A stretch of 36,890 nucleotides of DNA from Bacteroidales bacterium (GTDB taxonomy: Bacteria > Bacteroidota > Bacteroidia > Bacteroidales > Muribaculaceae): positions 1 to 36,890 of the forward strand of contig JAHZGZ010000163.1 of the NCBI GenBank assembly GCA_019420545.1, written 5' to 3'. Positions 1 through 9,181 of the stretch are shown here, piece by piece. Made by a program: the position numbers and the translations under genes. The notes below the pieces were generated by a model. The model saw nothing but the letters and a program-made list of their open reading frames with translations. It did no database searches and had not been told where the DNA came from. Every line of letters begins with the position of its first letter. The stretch's first letter is position 1.

Positions 1-205
1 CGGGGTTTGACTCGGAGTCGTACCATGCCTTCAGACGGGCATCCTCGTCGACATTGAATATAGCCGTACCGTCGGCATTCGACTGGCCGATGGTAATGAA
101 TATCGGCGTCTCGTCCGATACACTCGTCACTTCGCTGGCTCCGGCCTGCAAGGCATTCCATGGAATCAGCATCGCACCTAAGGCAATAAGGTTAAGTTTT
201 TTCAT
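1..205 (-). CDS. Partial CDS (5' part only; runs off the left edge): secreted SGNH-type carbohydrate esterase of the SASA/CE6 or sialate O-acetylesterase-like kind
   Basis: Manual translation from ATG at 205 gives MKKLNLIALGAMLIPWNALQAGASEVTSVSDETPIFITIGQSNADGTAIFNVDEDARLKAWYDSESNP. It has a signal peptide followed by the IGQSN block-I motif of SASA/CE6 esterases. Confidence 0.65.
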   Translation of the reverse strand, partial: MKKLNLIALGAMLIPWNALQAGASEVTSVSDETPIFITIGQSNADGTAIFNVDEDARLKAWYDSESNP

Positions 206-269
206 GAGTTGGCTTAGTAAAAGTTGTTAGTATGATTTATATGATTTGTCAGACAATTATTAACAGTCG

Positions 270-277
270 CAAATGTA
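270..277 (-). promoter_or_regulatory. Bacteroidota sigma-A -7 element (TACATTTG) for the esterase gene
   Basis: Matches TAnnTTTG, about 65 nt upstream of the ATG at 205. Confidence 0.6.
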
Positions 278-331
278 TAAAAAACCTTTTACCCGCCTTG
301 TTAATTAACACAATTTAACTCCAATTCTATC

Positions 332-374
332 AAATAAAAAAGCCGCTCCCACACGTCATAAAACGGGGAGCGGC
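332..374 (-). terminator. Intrinsic terminator downstream of the adhesin gene
   Basis: GCCGCTCCC...GGGAGCGGC stem, followed by a U-tract on the minus strand. Confidence 0.8.
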
Positions 375-411
375 CTTACTCAGTAAATATTATCAGAGTT
401 TGGTTAAAACA

Positions 412-3400
412 TCACTTTATCAGAATCGTGCGGCTCTTTCCTCCGCGACGTTCGATATACAAGCCTCGGGCAACCGGCTTACCGCCGAGCCGTATACCGC
501 GCAGATCGTAATACACAGCATCCTCCCCGGCATCAATGCCGACCTCATCGATACCGGATGTACGTATCGTATACGGCTCCGACACCGATTCCGCGCCATT
601 GGCATATACCGCATGCACGCGGAACCGCTCGCCGTCGGCAATCTCCGAAGTGACGAGATCAACTACTTTCAACGGCTCAGCGTTGAGTTTACGCCACTCG
701 GTGCCCTCGGCATCGGTTCCGGCATAAACATCGTAGCCTACAAACTCCGTTTCTACCGGAGCAGCTGAGAATGTCACATTATCCACAAAGAACATGTACG
801 CGTCATGGCTGACATTGCGGATAGCGAAATATTTCGCACCTTCGGGCAGAGCGGCCTCATAACGAGTCCATTGAGCAGCTGCTTTGGGATATGAATCAAT
901 CAGAATGAACGACGAGGCGAGCCGGTCGGTAGCAGAATAAAGCACCTGGAAGCTCTCGGGGAATACCATCCCCGAACTGCGGGCGTAGAACGAAACAGTC
1001 TGAGCTTTGCCTGAAAGCATCGGCGAGATGAGCCAGTCATCGTTGTCGCGGTCCGACGAATTGATCACATCGATCGATGCCGACATCATGCACTGTCCGC
1101 CATGATATGGAGCAAACGAAGCCGTGCCGATCTGCGGGAAGAAACCGTCGTGGTTGTTAAACACCATGAAAGCCATAGGAGTATGCATATTGGGATATGC
1201 GTGATAACCGTCGACAATGCCGAGCACGGGGCATCCGTCGCCATCGATAAAGCTCCATTCACCGGCACGGTCGGTAACAAATTCATCGTATGCCTCAAAC
1301 GACTCGGTTATCTCGCGGTCGGGAAGCGCGGTCATATCGACGGCATTCCATGAGAGTGTGAAGTTGCCTTCACCGGCATTCGCACTAAGTCCGGCAGGAG
1401 CAGGCAGCCCGTTGGATGCGACAACGGTTGTCACCTCAGCAGTATTGTCGCTTTCATTCTCATCTCTGGCGACATTGAGACGTGCGGTATAGCTTACAGA
1501 CTCACCTCCGGCAGCAGCGGGAATAACATCAAATGCATATTCCTTGATTTCGCCGCGCTTCAGACCGTCGCCCTCAGCGCTTCCGATCTCCTTGCCATCG
1601 GCAAAAAGCTGCAACGTATAATTGCCTGAGGGGTTGACTCCGAGGTTGCTCACACGTATCGTGCACTTGTGGGCAACACCTTGATGCATTTCATACGGTA
1701 TGCGCGCACGTGTTATAGCCATATCGTCGGAATATTCATTGCGCACAGCGATATTGTCGACACATATCTTATTGTCGGGGTTCGCGCAGATACCTGTCAG
1801 TGAGATGCGGATATCCTGTCCCTTGTAAGCGGCAAGCGATACAAGGGCCTCTTTCCATCCGCGCTCCGCGCCATTGATAGTCATGGTCGCCTCGGTATTG
1901 CCGTTGACGGTCACCTCAAAGCTGTCGGAGGCGCCGGGGATAGTATAGTAGAAGAATGAAAGATATGGATTAGATGCATCGGCATCAACATGGATCTTAC
2001 CGGTACGGAACACCGAACGCGCGCCGACCATATCACCGATAAATGCCATCAGGCCGCCGTCGTCGGTAACCGGAATGATTTCATCGAGTATAAGCTGCTC
2101 GAAATAGCCCCAACGGGTATTGGAGCTGACCTCATCGGCTATCACCTCGGCAGTCTGGCCTTCAGTAAGCAAGCCGCCGGGGAAATTCTCGGCATAAGGC
2201 ATCGCATAAGGAGTGCCGACTGCGACAAGCGGGGTCGAGGCGCCATTGGCCGACACACCGGCGGATGTACGGGCCTTGATGGTAAAGTAAGTGATCTCCT
2301 GAGGATCATCGGCTGCAAGATATTCTATCTCAGCCTCAGTACCCGTCAGACCGGTGCCTACTTCCTTCAGACCCGAAGTAATGGTATACGTAACCTGCGA
2401 AGATGATATCTCATGCCCATAGATATTGGTCGTAACGGCATCCCAACGGAATTTCAGCTTGCCGGGTGAAGTTTCCTCGACACTGAGTGACACAGGATCG
2501 GATGGCGCAGCCACACCTACCCATACGGTCGATTTGGTATCGAAGCCCATACCGTCGGCCGATGCGGGAGTAACAATATATGTATGCAGACCAGTCGCAT
2601 CGACTTTGTTGGTGACCGTCAGAGCCTGGCCGGGAGTTGCCTGAAGCGTAGCAATCTCCGTATCGTCGCGCTTTACAGTCACAGTCAGCGGCTTGGTGAG
2701 CGCGGAGCCATCCATAGCTTTGTCGGGAGCAGTGAAAGCGACAGCCACATCAAGAGCGCCCGAAGCATCAGGCACTACTTTAAAAGCGGTAATCTCGGCT
2801 GGAGCCGCAGGCAGTACAGGACGGCTTACCTCGAAGTCGTCGACATAAAGCATAAACATGCCCGGATCGCTCGACGCATGTATGGCGGCATAGTATGTGC
2901 CGTCGGTCTCTACCGTAAATATTCCTGAGAAAGTCTGGGGCGAGCGGTTTGCAACAACGGTCTCGGGGATGACATTAACGGAAAGGCCGCCTTTTGTCGC
3001 TTCCTTTCCGATATATGCGCCCACACGCTCCGGATAGTCGGAATTGCCGCACCATGCCGTGAAGCTGATACGATAAGTATATCCGGCTTTAAGCTCCATA
3101 GGGGGTGTAACAAGGTAATCATCCTTCGGGCATGATGCCGTCGAGGAGAAGTCATTGCGTATCGACACGTATTTATCCGACTTCTCGTAACGCCATGTAT
3201 AGGTACGGTCGTCGGTATTTATTACGGTGAGAGCCGAGAAGTCGTCAGCCGAGTCAAACGAAGTAGTGAAGGTGTTAGCATCCTTTTTACCCGGATCAGG
3301 ATCATCGGGATTATCGGGGTTGTCAGGGCCTTCCGAGCCACCTTTACCACCCGTATAGGTCACAGAGATTGCGGTAAATATCGGGCCGCCCATTGTCGAG

Positions 3401-4269
3401 ACGATCTGTACGGAGTTGGCACCCGTAGCATCTTCCCATGTACTCGTATAAGCAGTTTTGTCAATTGTAAATGTACCTTCCGGAATACAGCTTGCAGCTC
3501 CGGTACTGAACGTGTTGCTTGCTTTAGGGCTGGTAAGCGAGATGCGGGTAATGTTTATCTTGTCGGTTTTGCCGACAACTTTCATAACGGCGTTCATCGT
3601 AAGAGTGACACGTCCGTTGGAAGTCTTATAGCTCGGAGCGGCAAAGGCACCACCCTTATCAAACACAAGCTGGAGGTCGTCGTTGAGCGATATCGGGCTC
3701 ATATCCACGAGATTCGTGCCCTCCAGTCCAAGAGCGAGGAATTCTGTGGCAAATGTCTGAGGGGTATTGGTGTCACCAGTATCCTCCGCAGAAGCATATA
3801 CTACGGTTATGTCGGTAAATGACGGAGCGCCCATTGTCGAGACGATCTCCACTGTGTTGGCGCCGGTGGCGTCTTCCCACATGTTGGTAAGAGTAGCCTT
3901 ATCGATAGTAAAGGTACCCTCCGGAACACACTTCGCAGCGCCTGTGCTGAACATATTGCTCGACTTGGGGCTGGTAAGAGAGATGCGGGTAATGTTTATC
4001 TTATCGGTCTTGCCGATGACTTTCATCACGGCATTCATCGTAAGAGTGACACGCCCGTTGGAACTTTTATAGCTCGGAGCAGCAAAGGCGGTACCTTGCT
4101 CGAACACAAGCTGGATGTCGTCGTTGAGCGCTATCGGGCTCATTTCTACGAGATTTGTACCCTCTAATCCAAGGTCGGCAAAAGCCACCTTTACCTCCGC
4201 GGCCGCCACGGGCAGCGTCAGCAACAGACATAAGAGCACACACAGATAATGCAATTTTTTCATGATCAT
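412..4269 (-). CDS. Large secreted adhesin-like protein: signal peptide, two copies of an unknown N-terminal domain, Pro/Asp linker, cleaved-adhesin (choice-of-anchor J) domains, FN3/CARDB-like domains and a T9SS C-terminal domain
   Basis: 1285-aa ORF with a hydrophobic signal ending in AAA. Cleaved-adhesin motifs are DDYLVTP...YRISF...YVDDFEV and DDWLISP...VSFYARS...AKYFAIR...VDNV. A CARDB-like segment reads VSNLG...YTLQLFADG...DENESDN. The C-terminus SGIDEV...YYDLRGIR...GLYIER...TILIK resembles a T9SS sorting domain. Confidence 0.8.
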   Translation of the reverse strand: MIMKKLHYLCVLLCLLLTLPVAAAEVKVAFADLGLEGTNLVEMSPIALNDDIQLVFEQGTAFAAPSYKSSNGRVTLTMNAVMKVIGKTDKINITRISLTSPKSSNMFSTGAAKCVPEGTFTIDKATLTNMWEDATGANTVEIVSTMGAPSFTDITVVYASAEDTGDTNTPQTFATEFLALGLEGTNLVDMSPISLNDDLQLVFDKGGAFAAPSYKTSNGRVTLTMNAVMKVVGKTDKINITRISLTSPKASNTFSTGAASCIPEGTFTIDKTAYTSTWEDATGANSVQIVSTMGGPIFTAISVTYTGGKGGSEGPDNPDNPDDPDPGKKDANTFTTSFDSADDFSALTVINTDDRTYTWRYEKSDKYVSIRNDFSSTASCPKDDYLVTPPMELKAGYTYRISFTAWCGNSDYPERVGAYIGKEATKGGLSVNVIPETVVANRSPQTFSGIFTVETDGTYYAAIHASSDPGMFMLYVDDFEVSRPVLPAAPAEITAFKVVPDASGALDVAVAFTAPDKAMDGSALTKPLTVTVKRDDTEIATLQATPGQALTVTNKVDATGLHTYIVTPASADGMGFDTKSTVWVGVAAPSDPVSLSVEETSPGKLKFRWDAVTTNIYGHEISSSQVTYTITSGLKEVGTGLTGTEAEIEYLAADDPQEITYFTIKARTSAGVSANGASTPLVAVGTPYAMPYAENFPGGLLTEGQTAEVIADEVSSNTRWGYFEQLILDEIIPVTDDGGLMAFIGDMVGARSVFRTGKIHVDADASNPYLSFFYYTIPGASDSFEVTVNGNTEATMTINGAERGWKEALVSLAAYKGQDIRISLTGICANPDNKICVDNIAVRNEYSDDMAITRARIPYEMHQGVAHKCTIRVSNLGVNPSGNYTLQLFADGKEIGSAEGDGLKRGEIKEYAFDVIPAAAGGESVSYTARLNVARDENESDNTAEVTTVVASNGLPAPAGLSANAGEGNFTLSWNAVDMTALPDREITESFEAYDEFVTDRAGEWSFIDGDGCPVLGIVDGYHAYPNMHTPMAFMVFNNHDGFFPQIGTASFAPYHGGQCMMSASIDVINSSDRDNDDWLISPMLSGKAQTVSFYARSSGMVFPESFQVLYSATDRLASSFILIDSYPKAAAQWTRYEAALPEGAKYFAIRNVSHDAYMFFVDNVTFSAAPVETEFVGYDVYAGTDAEGTEWRKLNAEPLKVVDLVTSEIADGERFRVHAVYANGAESVSEPYTIRTSGIDEVGIDAGEDAVYYDLRGIRLGGKPVARGLYIERRGGKSRTILIK
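3355..4173 (-). repeat. Intragenic tandem duplication with a 441-bp (147-aa) period; copies at about 3796-4173 and 3355-3732
   Basis: Residues 33-158 and 180-305 align without gaps, with 24 differences in 126 aa (about 81% identical by hand count). Confidence 0.95.
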
Positions 4270-4380
4270 TAATTGGAAATTGTCTGCAAAAAGAAAATAT
4301 TATTTGTTGAATATTGGAAAAATTTCATGATTTTCGCCGCTAAATTAGCAATTTGTCGCTATTCCTTAAAATTTATTGAC

Positions 4381-4421
4381 AAAAAAATGTCGACACCCGG
4401 AGAAATAGCGGATGCCGACAT
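4381..4421 (-). terminator. Intrinsic terminator after the DUF5723-like gene
   Basis: Minus strand reads ATGTCGGCATCCG-loop-CGGGTGTCGACAT (13 bp including G-U pairs) followed by a U-tract. Confidence 0.8.
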
Positions 4422-4448
4422 GATGTATGGCGTTAAACACAGCTGCGA

Positions 4449-5891
4449 TCAGCCGCGCTTGCGTTTTCCAAAGGTGAAGTTGATACCGAACTGCACGTTG
4501 GCGTTGACATTGCCCACGGGAATGTACTGCTCGGTGACTTTGTAGAACTGGTAGTCGCTGCCGATGAAGATATTGAATCCGGCGGGATGGAAGTTGATAA
4601 TCCAGCCGAGCGAGCTGCCGAACGACGAGAGGGCGTAGTTGGCCGACAGGTCAAACCATCCGCAGGGGATAAGGTTGGCCGATACGCGGCCCTCGGTCCA
4701 GGAATACATGCCGTCGATACGCTGGGTGAGGAGCAGACCGCCAACGAGGCCCTTCCATACGGGGAGGGTATAGGCGGCGCCGAGGCTTACAGTGGTGCCG
4801 AGGCCGGAGGTACGCTTTGCGCCGGTCTCCGTGCGGCGGAAGTTGGTACAGTCCTCGAGGTCGTCGCCGATGTTCTCAAACTGGTTGCCGAGCTTGTTTT
4901 CCTCGTAATTGGGATCGGAGGAGTCTACAGCGATATCCTTGAAGCCCTCGAACGACCATGTGGTGGCGGGAGTCTGGGCCTTGACCACATTGTTCCATGT
5001 CATCATGCCGAGATTGAGCACGGCGGCGCTCAGTTCAAGTTCGGGGAGAAGCTGATAGGTAGCGCCGAAGTCGAAGCCGAGACCGAAGCCCGACAGTCCG
5101 AACGAGTCATAGTCGATATCGCCCCACTCTACCATGTTGGCGTCGGGCGAACTTGCCGGCTCCTTGCCAAGCTCATACTTGGTGGGGACACGCAGACCCT
5201 TGCCGGCAGCCACCGACATCTCGCCCTGAGCACGTATCTGCCATATCTGGTCGCTGAGCGTTATGTCCATGTCGCTGATCTTGGCGTTGACATTCGCACC
5301 ACCGAGGAGCACCTTGACCTTGGCGCCGACACGCAGATCCTTGGTAATGCGGCGGCTGTGGCCGAGAGCGATCTCACCGATCACATTGCCGTTGACGCCG
5401 AGATCCTTGAAATTGTAGTGGGTGGAGGCGCCGGTCATACCGCGCTTCATAAAGGCGAACATGTCTTTGGGAATGACAACCGACGCAGTCTGCCGCACGC
5501 TGATACCCAATGTGTTGTAGCCCCCGAAACCTCTGAATCCCAACGAAAGGATGTTCACTCCGAACGACTGGGTAAAGTGGTTGCGGTCCTTGAGCTTGTC
5601 GAGGAACTGGTCGGTACCCACGGTCGGACTCATGAAGGTAGTCAGCTTACCGCCCCCTATAGGATAGAGGAAGGTGCTCAGACCGATGTTGCTGTTGAGC
5701 CCCACGTTGATGCCGCCGAGAGCGGGGAGGGCTAAATATCCGCGCTCGGGAGCGAGGGCCGGATTGAGTTCGTGGCGGAAATTGTAGCCCGGGAGGAAGT
5801 AAGCCGAGCGAAGTGCCTCCTGTGCGGTGGCGGTGAATGCAGCCATAGCCACGGTAGCTGCTGCCATTACCTTATATATAGTATGCTTCAT
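4449..5891 (-). CDS. DUF5723-like outer-membrane beta-barrel protein
   Basis: 480 aa with a signal peptide (ATA-Q), N-terminal SAYFL...FRHELNPA, amphipathic beta strands (GLGFDFGATY, LELSAAVLNLG) and C-terminal VQFGINFTFG. Confidence 0.7.
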   Translation of the reverse strand: MKHTIYKVMAAATVAMAAFTATAQEALRSAYFLPGYNFRHELNPALAPERGYLALPALGGINVGLNSNIGLSTFLYPIGGGKLTTFMSPTVGTDQFLDKLKDRNHFTQSFGVNILSLGFRGFGGYNTLGISVRQTASVVIPKDMFAFMKRGMTGASTHYNFKDLGVNGNVIGEIALGHSRRITKDLRVGAKVKVLLGGANVNAKISDMDITLSDQIWQIRAQGEMSVAAGKGLRVPTKYELGKEPASSPDANMVEWGDIDYDSFGLSGFGLGFDFGATYQLLPELELSAAVLNLGMMTWNNVVKAQTPATTWSFEGFKDIAVDSSDPNYEENKLGNQFENIGDDLEDCTNFRRTETGAKRTSGLGTTVSLGAAYTLPVWKGLVGGLLLTQRIDGMYSWTEGRVSANLIPCGWFDLSANYALSSFGSSLGWIINFHPAGFNIFIGSDYQFYKVTEQYIPVGNVNANVQFGINFTFGKRKRG

Positions 5892-5914
5892 TGCGAAATG
5901 TGAGTGTGTAATGG

Positions 5915-7699
5915 TTAGTCGTTGAGATCCACGGTTATGCCGCCGGCGATAGTCACGTTGACTTTTGTGAGGGTAAGCGCCTGTGCCTCATTGAGGGGCG
6001 CGCCGGCAATAGGCTCGTCGGCGGTGAAGGAATATTCTATACCGTCGAGACCGGCGAGGTTGTTGACGTCGCTGACTATCTCTACCTTAAACGTGCTTTC
6101 CGACGGAGAAGCGAGTGTACCGGCGGCGATATTGCCGTCGACAATCACACGTACCTCACGCGAGCGTGTGCCGTTGGGATCGTCCTTGAATATAGCGCGT
6201 GCCGAAGGCTTCATAGACAGGGGGATGGTGTTGGATGCTACCGCGGTGATGTTGACACGCTTGAAGTTGTAGTCCTCGAGATCCTCGTCCCAGCCCTCCT
6301 CTATGTCGGAGTAGGTGAAACTGAGCGACGAGCCGAAAGCGAGAGGAGCGAGCACCTCATTTTCGGTAGAGAACTCATAGTCGCGGCCGAGCACGAACTC
6401 CACAGGCTCCTGTACAACTTTGGCGGTACAGTTGGTAACCTCCACATAATCGGGAATAGTGGAGATCAGGTCGTTGAGATCGGCGACAGTAACATTGGAA
6501 GTGATGTCGCTGCGGTTGCCGTGGCCTGTGCGCGAGATGCAGATTACATTGTGGCCGGGGCGCACACGTACACCGCTTATATTTATGCGCGCAAGCTGGC
6601 CGTTGGTGCGCGATACCGAACGCAGTGTCACGCTGACGTCGGCTGACACGCTCGACGAGTTGTCGACGGTAAGATATACCTGCGGATTGGCGATGTCGAG
6701 CGTAGTGCGGCCGTCGCTGAGGAAGTCGGGGATGTCGTTGATATCGAACGACGAATCATCGATGGTGATGGTGGGATTCACCACGCCTGTCACGCTTATG
6801 ATTTTAGCCGACTGTATGGCGAAATCGGTATTGATATTCAGGGACACATTGCCTGCTGAAACTTGGCGTCCCGATACCTCGAGCTGTCCGGTAGTGGAGA
6901 TTTTACCATCGAAACTGAAGTTGTGATTCACAAGTCCCTGACCGTTGGGGAGCTTGCTGCAGTCGAGCCCCTTGATGCGGATCTCCATGTCGAGCATATC
7001 GACCGACGCATCGCGGCTGAATACGAGGTCACTGCCCTGGAAAGCACATGCGGCGTTGGAACGCACAAGCTCAAGTTCGAGCGAAGGGTCGAAAGCAACG
7101 CGGAATCCCTGCTTTATGGTTGCATTGACATTGGTGCCGTTGAGATCTACCCACATGCGGAATGTAGCGTCGACATTGGTACCGACACGGTCGAGGCGCA
7201 CAAGATCGCGGTTCACGTTGTTCTCACTCATGTGGATGGTATTCTCGATGGCGTTGATTTTCTGGTTAAGTCCGGATGCGGCCTGACTGCCACCGATAAT
7301 TATGCCGAATGTAGGGAGAGTAACGCCGCCGGGCACTGTGAAATGTACGGGAATCTTTTGGGTAGCGCCGGGAGCGGTAAGATTAGTAAGACGTACCTCA
7401 TCTACCGAAAATACGGTATGGCTGCCCTCGCCGCTCTGCACAAGCACGTAGTCGCCTTTCGCCAGGCCGTAAAGCTCGCCGTCGGGACGTATCGAACTGC
7501 TGCCGTCGTCCGACAGGTTCATGATTTTCTTCATACTGTAAGGGGCAACGCTGCTCGACGGGAGGGTCAGTTCGCCGCCTACCTCCATTGTCATGTCGAT
7601 ATCCTGCGAAAGGTCATAATCATGATCGATACAACCCTGCACTCCGATCATCGCACCTATAGCCAGCAGGCTATAGACACCTCTGTGATAATGCATCAT
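5915..7699 (-). CDS. Beta-rich surface lipoprotein of unknown function (DUF4621-like)
   Basis: 594 aa with a lipobox GVQG-C followed by the acidic IDHDYDLSQDID. It ends 23 nt upstream of the barrel gene on the same strand. Confidence 0.65.
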   Translation of the reverse strand: MMHYHRGVYSLLAIGAMIGVQGCIDHDYDLSQDIDMTMEVGGELTLPSSSVAPYSMKKIMNLSDDGSSSIRPDGELYGLAKGDYVLVQSGEGSHTVFSVDEVRLTNLTAPGATQKIPVHFTVPGGVTLPTFGIIIGGSQAASGLNQKINAIENTIHMSENNVNRDLVRLDRVGTNVDATFRMWVDLNGTNVNATIKQGFRVAFDPSLELELVRSNAACAFQGSDLVFSRDASVDMLDMEIRIKGLDCSKLPNGQGLVNHNFSFDGKISTTGQLEVSGRQVSAGNVSLNINTDFAIQSAKIISVTGVVNPTITIDDSSFDINDIPDFLSDGRTTLDIANPQVYLTVDNSSSVSADVSVTLRSVSRTNGQLARINISGVRVRPGHNVICISRTGHGNRSDITSNVTVADLNDLISTIPDYVEVTNCTAKVVQEPVEFVLGRDYEFSTENEVLAPLAFGSSLSFTYSDIEEGWDEDLEDYNFKRVNITAVASNTIPLSMKPSARAIFKDDPNGTRSREVRVIVDGNIAAGTLASPSESTFKVEIVSDVNNLAGLDGIEYSFTADEPIAGAPLNEAQALTLTKVNVTIAGGITVDLND

Positions 7700-7740
7700 A
7701 TAAATGGTTTATAATTATTAATTTTTCAAAAATATGGCTG

Positions 7741-7748
7741 CAAATTTA
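7741..7748 (-). promoter_or_regulatory. -7 promoter element (TAAATTTG) for the lipoprotein-barrel operon
   Basis: TAnnTTTG match about 40 nt upstream of the start. Confidence 0.65.
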
Positions 7749-7929
7749 GTACATTTCCTCCACATAATCGGCATATAAGGCAAAAATATATTACAAAACA
7801 TCAAAATTAATGTTTTTATGTGAAATAAAGTTAACAAAACATTCTCCACGTTTATCGCGTCGCCGCTATATATTGCAATTTGCGTCGATTTTTTAACGTT
7901 TAATTCGCACAAATATGCGACAGATTTCA

Positions 7930-7937
7930 TAACTTTG
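7930..7937 (+). promoter_or_regulatory. -7 promoter element (TAACTTTG) for namZ-WYL
   Basis: TAnnTTTG match about 35 nt upstream of ATG 7972, divergent from the 7741 promoter. Confidence 0.65.
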
Positions 7938-7971
7938 CAACACACTCTTCCTCTTTCCTCACTGATTGACA

Positions 7972-9171
7972 ATGAACCAGATACTACGACAATTTCTGTT
8001 AGTGAATGTAAGATGCATATTGTCGGTAGTGGCAGTCTTTTTACCGGCCGTACTGATAGCCGGAGACCTTGCTGTAGGGGCCGCACGCACCGACATATAC
8101 AAGCCTGTGCTTGACGGAAAGCGCGTGGCGCTCCTGTCAAACCATACAGGCATTCTTCCCGACGGCCGACATACACTTGACGCCATGCTCGGTGCAAGCG
8201 TAAACGTGACACGGCTGCTATCGCCCGAACACGGATTCCGAGGCACTGCCGATGCAGGAGAACATGTGGCGACATCAGTCGACCGTGCGACAGGACTCCC
8301 CGTAATATCGCTCTATAGCGGCGGCTCCACGGGCCTCACCCCGGGGTGCCTCGACAGCATAGATGCCGTGGCAATCGATCTGCAAGATGTAGGCGTGCGA
8401 TTCTACACTTACCACATCACCATGATAAAGGTGATGGAAGGGGCGGCTCGCGCCGGAATTCCGGTAGTGGTGCTCGACCGTCCCAATCCTCTCGGAGGAA
8501 TTGTCGACGGCCCCGTCCTCGACATGAAGCTGCGCTCGGGCGTCGGGCGCCTGCCTATACCCGTGATACACGGAATGACAATGGGCGAACTCGCTTTGGC
8601 AGCCAACGGTGAAGGTTGGCTCGACGACGGCTTGAAATGCGATCTTACAGTGGTGCCATGCCTCGGCTATACCCACTCGACACGCTACGATCTTCCGGTA
8701 GCTCCGTCGCCCAACCTGCGCTCGACCAAGGCGATAGGCCTCTACCCGTCGCTCTGCCTGATGGAGGGAACCGTGGCAAGCGTAGGGCGCGGTACCGACT
8801 CCCCCTTCACCATCTACGGACACCCCGACATGGAGCCCCGCGGATTCACATTCACCCCGCGCAGCATGCCCGGAGCCAAGCAACCGCCATGTCTAGGCAA
8901 GATATGTAACGGCGTGGATCTCGGCGGCATTTCCGACGAAGAAGCTCTCGCAACGGGCTTCGACCCGGCGTATGTGATCGACGCATACACCCACATGCGA
9001 CGCGGAGCCGACAAGTTTTTCAGCAAATTTTTTGACCGCCTCGCGGGCACTCCGGCTCTGCGGCGCATGATAATGCTCGGCGCACCAGTCGACAGCATCA
9101 GAGCGTCGTGGGCACCCGACATAGAGCGCTTCACCCGGCTGCGCGAACGTTATCTCCTCTATCCACTTTAA
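7972..9171 (+). CDS. namZ: Exo-beta-N-acetylmuramidase NamZ family protein (DUF1343/GH171)
   Basis: Motifs SPEHGFRG, DLQDVGVRFYTY, VLDRPNP, HGMTMGELA, PSPNL, SVGRGT and C-terminal RERYLLY, plus a signal peptide. Confidence 0.9.
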   Translation: MNQILRQFLLVNVRCILSVVAVFLPAVLIAGDLAVGAARTDIYKPVLDGKRVALLSNHTGILPDGRHTLDAMLGASVNVTRLLSPEHGFRGTADAGEHVATSVDRATGLPVISLYSGGSTGLTPGCLDSIDAVAIDLQDVGVRFYTYHITMIKVMEGAARAGIPVVVLDRPNPLGGIVDGPVLDMKLRSGVGRLPIPVIHGMTMGELALAANGEGWLDDGLKCDLTVVPCLGYTHSTRYDLPVAPSPNLRSTKAIGLYPSLCLMEGTVASVGRGTDSPFTIYGHPDMEPRGFTFTPRSMPGAKQPPCLGKICNGVDLGGISDEEALATGFDPAYVIDAYTHMRRGADKFFSKFFDRLAGTPALRRMIMLGAPVDSIRASWAPDIERFTRLRERYLLYPL

Positions 9172-9181
9172 ATACTGTACC

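Noticed and set aside
4587..5735. 382-aa plus-strand ORF, and similar long antisense ORFs at 6863-7714, 23482-24558, 25899-26741, 26831-27646, 27776-29026 and 34271-35089
   Set aside because: They overlap well-supported genes on the opposite strand and have the composition typical of shadow ORFs in GC-rich DNA.
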